A stretch of 64,000 nt of DNA from an uncultured Gemmatimonadaceae bacterium. GTDB lineage: Bacteria; Gemmatimonadota; Gemmatimonadetes; Gemmatimonadales; Gemmatimonadaceae. A model generated the notes under the pieces. That model saw nothing but the letters and a program-made list of their open reading frames with translations. It was not told the origin of the DNA and did no database searches. Location of the stretch: assembly GCA_963817955.1 (NCBI GenBank), contig CAWFQK010000004.1, forward strand, positions 128,001 through 192,000, read 5' to 3'. Shown here piece after piece: positions 33,077 through 42,340 of this stretch; the stretch's first letter is position 1, and each line of letters starts with the position of its first letter. Position numbers and translations under genes: made by a program.

Positions 33077-33942
33077 TGCGACTCGGCGTCGTCGGCCACC
33101 TCGGCTACTTGGAACTTCCGGCGGTGCTGCGGACGCTTGCTGAGCTCGCGCCAGCGCTGGACCTGGAGTTGTATTACGAGCGCGCGCTCTACGACTTCGC
33201 ACGCGACGGCAGCCTGCTCGATGACCCGTCGGCGCTTGATGCCCTCCTCACGCTGGGTGGCGACGGGACGTTGCTTCGCGGCGCGCGCATCATCTCGCCG
33301 CATGCCGTACCGATCCTGGGGATCAATCTCGGGCATCTGGGATTCCTCACGTGCTGCAACGCCGACCAGCTGTCGAATGCGTTGATGCGGTTCGCGCGCC
33401 AGGACTATTATGCGGAAACGCGCATGGCGCTGGAGGCGCGCGTGATCGACACGGCGGGCGCGGAGCGGTTGAAGTGGATCGCCATGAACGACGTGGTGCT
33501 TCACAAAGGCGGATTCGCGCGAGTCGTCCAGCTCAGGGTGGCGGCCGACGGCGAGCCGGTCGCGACATACGCGGCTGACGGCGTCGTGCTGTCGACGCCG
33601 ACCGGATCCACGGCGTACAGTCTCTCGGCCGGAGGGCCGGTCGTCTTTCCAACGCTCGAGACGATCCTCGTGACGCCGGTGTCGCCGCATACGCTGGCCA
33701 TCCGCCCGCTCATCCTGCCGTCGAGCGTGGACGTGACCTTGCATGCGGATGATGGTCCCGCGGAGCTTTTGGTGACGGTCGACGGACAGGTCGGCACCAG
33801 CTTCCTCCCGGGTGAGACCCTGAGTGTGCGGCGTGCACAGGGCGGCGTGCTGATCATCCGTTTTACCGGAACGAGCTTCTTCAACACGCTGCGCCAAAAG
33901 CTGGGCTGGGGAGGCCTCGCCGATCGCGATGGATCCACGTAG
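33076..33942 (+). CDS. nadK: NAD kinase
   Basis: LGGDGT, GHLGFL, ND, STPTGSTAYSLSAGG. Confidence 0.95.
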   Translation: MRLGVVGHLGYLELPAVLRTLAELAPALDLELYYERALYDFARDGSLLDDPSALDALLTLGGDGTLLRGARIISPHAVPILGINLGHLGFLTCCNADQLSNALMRFARQDYYAETRMALEARVIDTAGAERLKWIAMNDVVLHKGGFARVVQLRVAADGEPVATYAADGVVLSTPTGSTAYSLSAGGPVVFPTLETILVTPVSPHTLAIRPLILPSSVDVTLHADDGPAELLVTVDGQVGTSFLPGETLSVRRAQGGVLIIRFTGTSFFNTLRQKLGWGGLADRDGST

Positions 33943-35673
33943 ATGTTGACCGAGCTGCGCATCAAGAATTTCGCGATCATCGAGTCGCTGACGCTGCCGC
34001 TCGGTCGAGGTTTCAACGTGCTGTCGGGCGAGACGGGCGCCGGCAAGTCGATCATCGTCGGTGCACTCGGACTCCTCCTTGGCGACCGCGCCAGCGCCGA
34101 CGTCATCCGCACCGGTGCCGAACGGGCGACGGTCGAGGGTGTCTTCGACATCACCGATCGCTCCGAGATCCGGGCTCTCCTGGACGAACGCGGTATCGAC
34201 GTCGACGAATCGGTGGTCGTGCTCAAACGCGAGGTGGCGAACGGCCGTGCGCGTGCCTGGATCAACGGCACCACGGTGAACGCCGGCATGTTCGTGGACG
34301 TCGGCCGGCTGTTGGTGAACCTGCATGGGCAGCACGAAGCGCAGACGCTGCTCGATCCCGAGGCGCAGCGACGCATTCTCGACGCCTTCGCGGGGGCAAC
34401 CGAGCAGTCGGCGCTCGTGAGGCAATCCCACGAGGAGCTCGCGTCGATCATTCGGGACATCACCAATCTGTCCAAGCGCCGTGCCGACGCGGAGCGCCGC
34501 GCCGATTATCTGCGTCATGTCGTCCAGGAAATCGGGGACGCCAACCTCACGGCGGGCGAGGACGCTCGTCTGGAAGATGAGGCGCGGCGATTGGAGAATG
34601 CTGAAGAGCTGCGAAGCCTGGCGAGTGGCATTGCCGGCGCGCTCGATGGGGAAGAGGACACGGTGCTGCAGAAGCTCAGCGCCATCGCTCGGCAGCTGTC
34701 GGCCATCCAGCGCATCGATCCAACGCTGTCGCACGTGCAGGAGTCCTACGATAGCGCGTACTACGCCATCGAAGCACTCGCGCGCGACCTCGAGGAGTAC
34801 GAAGGCTCCATCGACCTCGATCCATCGCGACTCGAGGACGTGCGCCGCCGCCGCGATCTGTTGTTTCGTCTCACGAAGAAGTACGGTGGCACGCTCACGG
34901 ACGTCATCCGCACCGCTGAGGAAGCGAGGGCGGAGCTCGACCTCGTCGATTCGGCAGGGCTCGACATCAAGCAGCTCGAATTGCGCGAGCGCGGCGCGCG
35001 TGCGGCCCTGCGCGAACGCGCGACCGAGTTGTCCGCGCGGCGCGCCGCGGGCGCCGAGCGCCTCGATCAGGCCGTGGACGCCGTGCTGCCCGACCTCGGC
35101 ATGCCCGACGGTCACGTGACGGTGTCGCTCCAGCCCCTGCAGGAGATCGGGCCATGCGGGGCCGAAGACGTGGAGTTCTGCGTGGCGCTCAACGTCGGCC
35201 ACGAGCCGCGGCCGCTCGCCCGCGTGGCGTCGGGCGGTGAATTGTCGCGCGTCATGCTGGCGCTCAAGACCATCCTGGCGCGGCTCGATCGTGTGCCCAC
35301 CCTGGTGTTTGACGAAGTGGACGCCGGCATCGGCGGGCGCGTCGGCTTACAAGTGGGCGAAACGATGCGCTGCGTGGCCAGCTACCATCAGGTGTTCGCG
35401 ATCACGCATCTGCCGCAGATCGCGGCGCGCGGCCACCATCACATTCTCGTCAGCAAGGGCGCGCGTGGCGGCGTCACGACCGCGGATGTCACCGTGGTGA
35501 GTGGCGACGAACGTGTCACGGAGATCGCGCGGATGCTCGGTGGCGACCCGGAGAGCGAGGTCAGCCGCGCACATGCGCGCGAGCTGTTGGAGCACGCCGT
35601 GGCCGATGCGCGCAGCGGGAGCGGTGAACGCACACGCGAGCCGGCCCCCGCCAAGAAGAAACGCGGCGACTGA
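33943..35673 (+). CDS. recN: DNA repair protein RecN
   Basis: GETGAGKS, HGQH, ASGGELSR, FDEVDAG, THLPQ. Confidence 0.97.
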   Translation: MLTELRIKNFAIIESLTLPLGRGFNVLSGETGAGKSIIVGALGLLLGDRASADVIRTGAERATVEGVFDITDRSEIRALLDERGIDVDESVVVLKREVANGRARAWINGTTVNAGMFVDVGRLLVNLHGQHEAQTLLDPEAQRRILDAFAGATEQSALVRQSHEELASIIRDITNLSKRRADAERRADYLRHVVQEIGDANLTAGEDARLEDEARRLENAEELRSLASGIAGALDGEEDTVLQKLSAIARQLSAIQRIDPTLSHVQESYDSAYYAIEALARDLEEYEGSIDLDPSRLEDVRRRRDLLFRLTKKYGGTLTDVIRTAEEARAELDLVDSAGLDIKQLELRERGARAALRERATELSARRAAGAERLDQAVDAVLPDLGMPDGHVTVSLQPLQEIGPCGAEDVEFCVALNVGHEPRPLARVASGGELSRVMLALKTILARLDRVPTLVFDEVDAGIGGRVGLQVGETMRCVASYHQVFAITHLPQIAARGHHHILVSKGARGGVTTADVTVVSGDERVTEIARMLGGDPESEVSRAHARELLEHAVADARSGSGERTREPAPAKKKRGD

Positions 35674-35707
35674 TCGCCGCCGCGCCCCCTGTGCCGTCGC
35701 CGATCGC

Positions 35708-37375
35708 CTACGGCCAATACACCCGCAGCTCGATCTGATCGCGAAAGGTTTTCGGCACCGGACCGCCACTCCCTGATATCGTCTCGAGATGGCTGAACGA
35801 TGCCTCGAATGGCAGGGCACCCGGCCCGCGACGTGGCGACACGATCGTTGAATAGGAGAACCCTATTCCCACCTGTTGCGCGGTACTTGCTGCCACGCCG
35901 AACGGAGCGACGGGCGTGACGAAGATGGGCGCAATGACGCCGGGTATTGGATCGATGACGGGCGGCACGACAGGGGCCACCGTGTATCGGTCAGCGCCCG
36001 TTCGTACCATGGAATACAGCCCGTTCAAGCTGAAGTAGCCGGCCAGCCGCCACCGCGGAACGAGCGACAGCGCCAGCACGTTGCCCGCCGAGTAGGTGTT
36101 GCCCGCGCCGATCCCCGTCCCAAACGTGCTGCCGAGCGGAAAGATGGCGTTGCCAGCATTCGGAACCCGCGCCGTTGCCACGGACCCGAGCTGCGTAGTG
36201 TACGACGCGATCGCGCTCGTCGTCAGCGTGCGGCCGATTTGCACATCCGTGGCGAACCCAGCTTCCACACCGGCCTGCCCGTATCCCGTGCCGATATCGA
36301 ACAAGCGATTCCGGTTTGCCGGCTGCCCGGTGCCGATGCGATAGGTGACGTTGATCGCGGCGCGAAAGTGCGTGCGCCCCGCAGCCTCAGCGCTCGTGTC
36401 GCCGAACGTGTTGGCGAGCTGATACGTTGCGCCCACTGAAATATCGCCGATCGACGTGCGGTCCGTGGACTGCAACGTGTCGTGTCCAAAACTCGTGAGC
36501 AAACTCTGAAGCTGCCCGTACGCAGCCGGACCAGGCGCGCCGGTGACGGCCCCGGTGATGACGTTGCCGCTGCCGAGAAAGTTCTGAAACTGCGTGCTCA
36601 GCGATTGAATCTGGGCGTTGATCGCTGTCTGCGTGGCACCGGTCGCGAGCGGCACAAACGCCTGGCCAGTGTGCGACGCATCGGTGCCGTATAATTCCTG
36701 GATCGCGTTCGAAAAGACCCCCGACGTCTGGATGAGCGACTGGGCGGCGGATTGCTGCGCCAGGAGCGTGGAGCAGCCGCTGCCGCTCGGGTTGGCCTGA
36801 CAACCCGTGAGCTGCTGCTGCAGCGTCGATGCGGCGCCACGAATCGATAGCACCAACGCTGCCGATTGGGCGAGCAACCCACTATTGAGTTGCTCAGGGT
36901 TGGGGCCGACGTTGGCGTGCAACGTGTCTGGATTCAGCCGCGCGGAGAGCGTCGTGCGCGTCTGGACGAAGGGTACGACGACGCCAAGCGTGAGCTTGCT
37001 CGTGAGTCCGTACTGTACGATGAGCGGTGCGGTCACCACACGCGAGTTGGCGGCGGACACGATCTGCCCCGCGTTCACCTGGAAATTCGACAACCCGGAC
37101 GCCGTGCGGATTGCCGCTTGCGTGCCCCCCAGGACCGGGAGCTGCGTGGGGCCGAGCGAATCCGTGTTGAAGCTCGCCGCCAGGTTCCGGGCGCCGCCGT
37201 TGCCAAGCAGCTCGTCGTAGCGGGTCCATGAGCTCAGTAGCCGAAATCCGAACATGCGCGACTCGAGGACGGTCGCGTCGGGCAGCAACGAGGTCGTCGT
37301 CTGCGCGACCACTCGGTGCGGGAGGAGCAGCGCGAGGAGCATCGCGCTCGATCGAAGAGAGGTTCGAACCGACAA
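35708..37375 (-). CDS. Exported hypothetical protein, possibly outer-membrane beta-barrel
   Basis: 555-aa ORF with signal-peptide-like N-terminus, GDISVG segment and aromatic C-terminus (ELRVYWP). Confidence 0.6.
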   Translation of the reverse strand: MSVRTSLRSSAMLLALLLPHRVVAQTTTSLLPDATVLESRMFGFRLLSSWTRYDELLGNGGARNLAASFNTDSLGPTQLPVLGGTQAAIRTASGLSNFQVNAGQIVSAANSRVVTAPLIVQYGLTSKLTLGVVVPFVQTRTTLSARLNPDTLHANVGPNPEQLNSGLLAQSAALVLSIRGAASTLQQQLTGCQANPSGSGCSTLLAQQSAAQSLIQTSGVFSNAIQELYGTDASHTGQAFVPLATGATQTAINAQIQSLSTQFQNFLGSGNVITGAVTGAPGPAAYGQLQSLLTSFGHDTLQSTDRTSIGDISVGATYQLANTFGDTSAEAAGRTHFRAAINVTYRIGTGQPANRNRLFDIGTGYGQAGVEAGFATDVQIGRTLTTSAIASYTTQLGSVATARVPNAGNAIFPLGSTFGTGIGAGNTYSAGNVLALSLVPRWRLAGYFSLNGLYSMVRTGADRYTVAPVVPPVIDPIPGVIAPIFVTPVAPFGVAASTAQQVGIGFSYSTIVSPRRGPGALPFEASFSHLETISGSGGPVPKTFRDQIELRVYWP

Positions 37376-37458
37376 TCGCAGGATCGCCTCGTGCCGTAGG
37401 TGAGATGCCGCGACTGGGTTATCATTCCACCCAGTCGCCCATCAATATACTCATCCTC

Positions 37459-39236
37459 GTGACGCTGCTCCCACCGCCCAGCATTCCCTGGCAGATCACC
37501 GGCAACCATTGGGTGTCGCTGCCGTGTATTCACCCGGCCGACGCGTCGATCCATGCCGTCGGCATGCTGCATCGCGGCTCCCGCTCGGCGATCGAGTTTC
37601 TCGGGTCACCCGATTTTGACCAGGGCACCGGTCCCGCCCTGGCTCGGCCCAGCCTCGACATCGGCGGCGTACGCCACGAGCTCTCAGATGTTCCCATTGC
37701 CTGGGAGCGCGCCCTCGGGTGGATCCCGACATTCACCTGCACGATCGCCGACCTGGTATTGCGCGGAACCATCTTTGCGCCGTACGGCCGCGACGCGGAC
37801 GTCTCGGGAGCGGTGTACGCGCTCTCCATCGAGAACCGCAGCGCGAATGATCTGGACATCGACGTCACCCTGGCAGGTACCCTCGGGCACCGTCAGCTTC
37901 GCGTTCGTACCCCGCGTCCTTTCGAGGACGCATCGCTCGTTTCGCTCGGCGCGTCGGGTGCTGTGCTGCTCGAAGGTGCCTCGCTGCCCGGGTTGGCCGC
38001 CGTCGCCCTGGTAGCCGATGGCGACGCCAGCGCCGAAGTGGACGGCCAGACTTATTCTCTGCGTCGCTCCATCCGCGTTGCGGGCGGTGGACGCGAGCAG
38101 ATCGCGTTTTATCTGGCTGTTGGTCCAGAACGCGACGGGGCCGAGGCGACGGCGAGCGTGTTGCGCCGTCGCGGCTGGCGCGAGCTGCTGTCGGCAACCC
38201 GCGACGCGCTGCGGAGCCTGGAGCAGAGCACCGGACATGAGGCGCTCGACCGGCTGATCAATCGCAATCTGCTCTTCGCGTACTTCTATGGTGTGGGCCG
38301 GGCGCTGGACGACGCACAGTACTACCTCGTGCGAACGCGGACACCCTGGAATGGCCATGGCGTGACGGTGCGCGATTGGGAAGCGCTCGATGTGGACGAT
38401 TCCGGCCGTGCAACTCGCCGATCCACCGCTTGCGCGGGAGTTGCTGTTGCGCATGTGCGAGCTCCATGGCTACGCGCCAGGCCGTGGCGTGCACTACCTG
38501 GATGGCACGCTGTTCGAACCCGGGTTCGCGCTGGAAGGCGTGGCCAGCTATGCGCTGGCCACCGACCGGTACATTCGCGACACCGGCGACGATCGGGTCG
38601 TGGATGAGCCGGCGCTCACCGACACGCTGTACCTGAGCGCCGAGGACCTCGAGACACGCCGCGACAAGAACGTGCCGCTGTATGCCACCGAGGTTAGTCC
38701 CTCCGGGGCGCCCGTGGTCGCATCCGTTCACGCTCCACGGCAACGCCGTCGTCGCGCAGGCCCTCGACGTGCTTCGGCACACGCTGGACGAGGAGACGGC
38801 GCGCGGGCTTCAGGATCCAGATGCCGTGCGTGCCGCCATCAATCGGCATTTCGTGGTCGACGCGGCAGGACGCTCGACGTTTGCCTCGGCCGTCGATCTG
38901 GCTGGTGCGACTTCGGTGGCGGACGATCCCGCCGCGTCGGCATTCTGGCTGCCGCTCTACGATGCGGTCGCGCGGCAGGACTCCACCTACCGCCGCACAG
39001 TAAAGAACATCGGCTTGACGCCGCACTCATTGACACAGCAGTGCGCCCGCCTGATCGGTCCGGATGCGAATGCCGTGCTGCAATGGCTGCGGCGTGCGCC
39101 GCTGGACGGTGGCTGGGCTGCGGAAGTGGTGGACGAAGACGGCCGAGTGGCCGCGAATGGCGGTGACGCGTCGCTATCCGGGCTGCTCGCTTGGTCGGTG
39201 TGGTACGCCGTGAATGCTCTCGGGGAACGCCCGTAA
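37459..39236 (+). pseudogene. Hypothetical protein, possibly six-hairpin glycosidase-like, with two +1 frameshifts (~38388, ~38720)
   Basis: Coherent protein runs across ORFs 37228/38390/38682; RD-W...W-PA-QL and C-terminal segments loosely resemble GH125-like proteins. Confidence 0.5.
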
Positions 39237-39320
39237 GCCGCGCTCTGTTTTCCCCTATTCCAATCCCCTCGAGTCGTCGCCACTGTTCTTGTGTTCGCTG
39301 CACCATATATTTCGCGGCGC

Positions 39321-39393
39321 GCGGGAATAGCTCAGTTGGTAGAGCACAACCTTGCCAAGGTTGGGGTCGCGGGTTCGAGTCCCGTTTCCCGCT
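39321..39393 (+). tRNA. tRNA-Gly (GCC)
   Basis: GCGGGAA acceptor stem, D-loop TTGGTA, anticodon loop TT-GCC-AA, GGTTCGAGTCC; CCA not encoded. Confidence 0.98.
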
Positions 39394-39436
39394 CTGGGTC
39401 AAGCAGGCAGTAGGGTCCAGGGTGTCAGGACGGTGT

Positions 39437-39472
39437 GCGGCCCCGCGCGTTGCGCGGGGCCGCTTTACTTTA
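39437..39472 (+). terminator. Terminator-like hairpin between the two tRNAs
   Basis: GCGGCCCCGCGC-gtt-GCGCGGGGCCGC followed by TTTACTTT. Confidence 0.6.
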
Positions 39473-39481
39473 TCCAGTCCT

Positions 39482-39565
39482 GCCGGGATGGCGAAACGGG
39501 TAGACGCGAGGGACTTAAAATCCCTTTCCCGCAAGGGAGTCCGGGTTCGAGTCCCGGTCCTGGCA
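39482..39565 (+). tRNA. tRNA-Leu (TAA), island integration target
   Basis: 84 nt, long variable arm TCCCGCAAGGGA, anticodon loop CT-TAA-AA, GGTTCGAGTCC. Confidence 0.98.
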
Positions 39566-39569
39566 TTCG
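39510..39569 (+). repeat. attL core: 60-bp direct repeat
   Basis: Identical to 54716-54775 (GGGACTTAAAATCCC...CCTGGCATTCG). Confidence 0.97.
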
Positions 39570-39605
39570 ACTGTTTTACCTCGTAAAAATGTGAGAACTC
39601 GCACG

Positions 39606-39636
39606 AAAATGGCTGCCTTGTGAGGCAGCCGTTTTT
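39606..39636. terminator. Bidirectional terminator after tRNA-Leu, supplied by the island
   Basis: AAAATGGCTGCCT-tgtg-AGGCAGCCGTTTTT. Confidence 0.8.
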
Positions 39637-39640
39637 GCCT

Positions 39641-39660
39641 TGGTGGTAAGAATGGTGGTA
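39641..39660 (+). repeat. Putative integrase arm-type doublet (left)
   Basis: TGGTGGTAAGAATGGTGGTA, identical to 54590-54609. Confidence 0.8.
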
Positions 39661-40302
39661 GCGACCATCACGGCGAATCACGCCGAATGGCGACGATATG
39701 ATCGGCGTCGTGATGTAGAGCTGCGGCGTACGGCGCCGCCGCACTCAGCCGCGCAGGCCCCTGGCGTGGGCAAAGGGGGGGGCGACCTTGTACTAGGTCG
39801 CCCCCTTCGACGCGCGCAAGCTCCCCCCGTACCTCGCGGCGCGGGACCAAGGGGGTGCTCGTCGTCGAATTCGCCGCGGTGCGCGTCGCCGATGGGCCGC
39901 GCATGGCCAAGCGGGCGGCACCTCCCTGGGGACGCGGCCTGGCTCGTCTGCGAGTGGCGCGCGACGGGCTAGCGGAAATACTACCAGACGAATCATCCGC
40001 CGCGGACCTCGCTCCAGACGCTGGCCCGCGATCAAGGCGCGCTGGGTCTGCGAGCAAGTGCATCAACAGTTGAAGGAGGAACAACCGTAGCAAAATTTCG
40101 CACACTCATTGCGCGCCGTGGCGGCGACTCGCACTCGGCTTCAGACAGGCCGCAGTTATCCCATTATTGCATCGACGGCTTGCCCACGCGGCGCCGAACC
40201 ACTGAGACACCTTTGGTGGTAGAGAATGCGACGGAGCATCCATGCCACGGTGAAGGGGCCTGCTTGAGCAAGCGCAGGTTCCGGCGGTTCCTTACACCAG
40301 CC

Positions 40303-40482
40303 TCAGCTTTCTTCTTGCAACGCATTTATCGCTTGCTCCAGGGTATCGAATGAACCTCGATGTGGCTCGCCGTCTTTGTGCATGTAGTACTTTATTGAAA
40401 TGTTTAGCGGTCCGGCGCTCTTTACGATCTCATACTCGTGGTTTCCAATGGTTTGCGTGTGGGCAATTTCCATGTCGTCCAT
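40303..40482 (-). CDS. Small hypothetical protein (59 aa)
   Basis: GGAGG RBS 8 nt before ATG; AT-richer codon usage. Confidence 0.65.
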   Translation of the reverse strand: MDDMEIAHTQTIGNHEYEIVKSAGPLNISIKYYMHKDGEPHRGSFDTLEQAINALQEES

Positions 40483-40744
40483 GCGTACATCCTCCGAAGC
40501 GCTGTGCGAGCTAGACCGATGCGGCTGCGCTGGCCGCACGGCACGGGAGTTAGTCAGAATGAAGCGACTGGCTCGCGGTCGTCGTAACGTGGGTTAGGCA
40601 GTCGGAATGAGCCGATCACCCAGAACCACAACACGACGGAGCCGGTTGGGTGAGTCCCAGCCCTAGTTGCAAAACAGGTGGTGCCGCGGTACAAGAGTGT
40701 GAATCCCTGCCAGGATCTCCACTCGTTCCCGAGGACACCACCCA

Positions 40745-41963
40745 TGCCAAGAGTACGACGGAAACAGCCGAAGAACCAGTCATCGAACCAGTCGGCGGAC
40801 GCGCGATGCGCGAAGGCTGCCCAGCAGACGATGCCGCTCGATGACGGGACTCTCGCGACGCCAGGAAACGCGGCGACAATAGCGATGATTCAAGCGTTGA
40901 TCCCCTTGGGACTCCACGCGGTCGAAGAGGCGCTGGTGGCTGAAGTGCTGGCGCTGGCCGGGCCCCGCTACGCGCATCAGGATGGGCGGCCCGACATCGC
41001 GCGGTGGGGCAGCCGCGACCTGCGCAGCAGGCGAGTGTCGGCCTCTTTCGCCGGGTGCTCGGTGGCCTGTCGTGTCGCGAGTATGAAGCCGCGGCCGAAG
41101 CGGTGCCGGAGGCGTTCGGGCTGACGAAGTCCAGCGTCTCCCGCCGCTTCATTCGCGCGAGTGCGCGGGAGTTGGGCCGGCTGCAGGAGCGGCGGCTGGA
41201 TGATGCCGAGTGGCTGGTGCTCGTGCTCGACGGCAAATCGTTCGCCGGCGACCAGCTCGTGGTCGCGCTCGGCGTGACGACCACGGGCGAGAAGCGCATC
41301 CTCGGGACTCGTGCAGACCGCGAGCGAGAACAAGCGCGCGAGAACAAGCGCGCGAGAACAAGCGCGCGATTGCCAGTTTCCTCCGCGAGCTCGGGGAGCG
41401 CGGCTTTCCGCTCGACCAGCCGCTCTTGGCCGTGCTTGATGGCGCGAAGGGCCTCCGCGCCGCGGTGCGCGACGTGTTCGGCGACATCCCCGTGCAGCGG
41501 TGCCAGTGGCACAAGCGTGAGAATGTGGTGAGCTATCTCGCCAAGCGGGACCAGCCCACGTGGCGCCGAAAGCTCAACGCCGCGTGGGCGCATCCGGCTT
41601 ATGCGGATGCCAAGCGCGCTGGAGCGGTTGTATGGTGAGCTCCGGTTCGTGAACGAATCCGCCGCAGCGAGCCTTGCCGAAGGACTCGAGGAAACGCTGA
41701 CGCTCCATCGGCTGAACGTGTTCCCCGAACTCGGCGTGAGCTTCAAAACGACGAATCTGATCGAGAGCGTCATGGCGCGCCTGGAGGCGAAGACGCACCG
41801 CGTCACGCGCTGGCGGACGAGCGATCAGAAGCTACGCTGGTGTGCGTCGGCGCTCTGGAGCACCGAGCGGCAGTTTCGGCGCGTGAAGAACTATCGCCAG
41901 TTGTCCTTGCTCAAGCAGGCGCTTCAGCCCAAACTCTCTTCCACGAAGACCGCCGCGGCGTAA
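40745..41963 (+). pseudogene. IS256 (Mutator-like) transposase pseudogene
   Basis: SSVSRRF, LDG, VLDGAKGL, QRCQWHK, TTNLIES motifs split over four ORFs, with an apparent internal deletion near 41010. Confidence 0.9.
41324..41369 (+). repeat. 14-bp tandem repeat x3 inside the transposase
   Basis: GCGAGAACAAGCGC three times. Confidence 0.9.
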
Positions 41964-42016
41964 GCCGCCTCACCGCGCGGCATCGCCTGAATTGCAACTA
42001 CGAAAGGGACATTCCC

Positions 42017-42267
42017 TGCCGGTGCAGCGATGATTTTTCCAACCGCGGCCGACCGACGGAGATGAATGACGGAGAGGTTACCGCGCTGCCGCAGGCCGGC
42101 GTTCTAGTCAGCCCAGTTGGTGATGCGATCGGGGCGGTGGTAGCGCCCGTGGGGCCGGGAAGTGTGGGACACAGACATCGAGAGACTCTCGCAAAGGGTG
42201 ATCTCGATCCAGTGCCCCAGCTTCCCGGCTCCTTTCTATGGCCTGGCCCTATTTACGCGACAACGCC
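42017..42267 (-). mobile_element. IS5-family (IS903-group-like) remnant: left IR plus transposase N-terminus with an in-frame stop
   Basis: Minus strand GGCGTTGTCGCGTAAATAG (42267-42249) and translation RITNWAD*NAGLRQRGNLSV. Confidence 0.7.
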
Positions 42268-42340
42268 TCAGGCCCACCCAACGCGGCACGCGGCGAGCCG
42301 CCGAAGCAGCCCGCCGCGTTCCGGTGCAGTGTCGTGCAGG

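Larger units (their letters stand above)
40648..42016 (+). mobile_element. IS256-family insertion sequence (degenerate)
   Basis: 31-bp imperfect terminal IRs GGGTGAGTCCCAGCCCTAGTTGCAAAACAGG / GGGAATGTCCCTTTCGTAGTTGCAATTCAGG; flanks aGCCGGTt / tGCCGGTg. Confidence 0.85.

Noticed and set aside
23030..35202. Long antisense ORFs (e.g. 23030-24880, 32971-35202)
   Set aside because: Shadows of high-GC codon usage opposite well-supported genes
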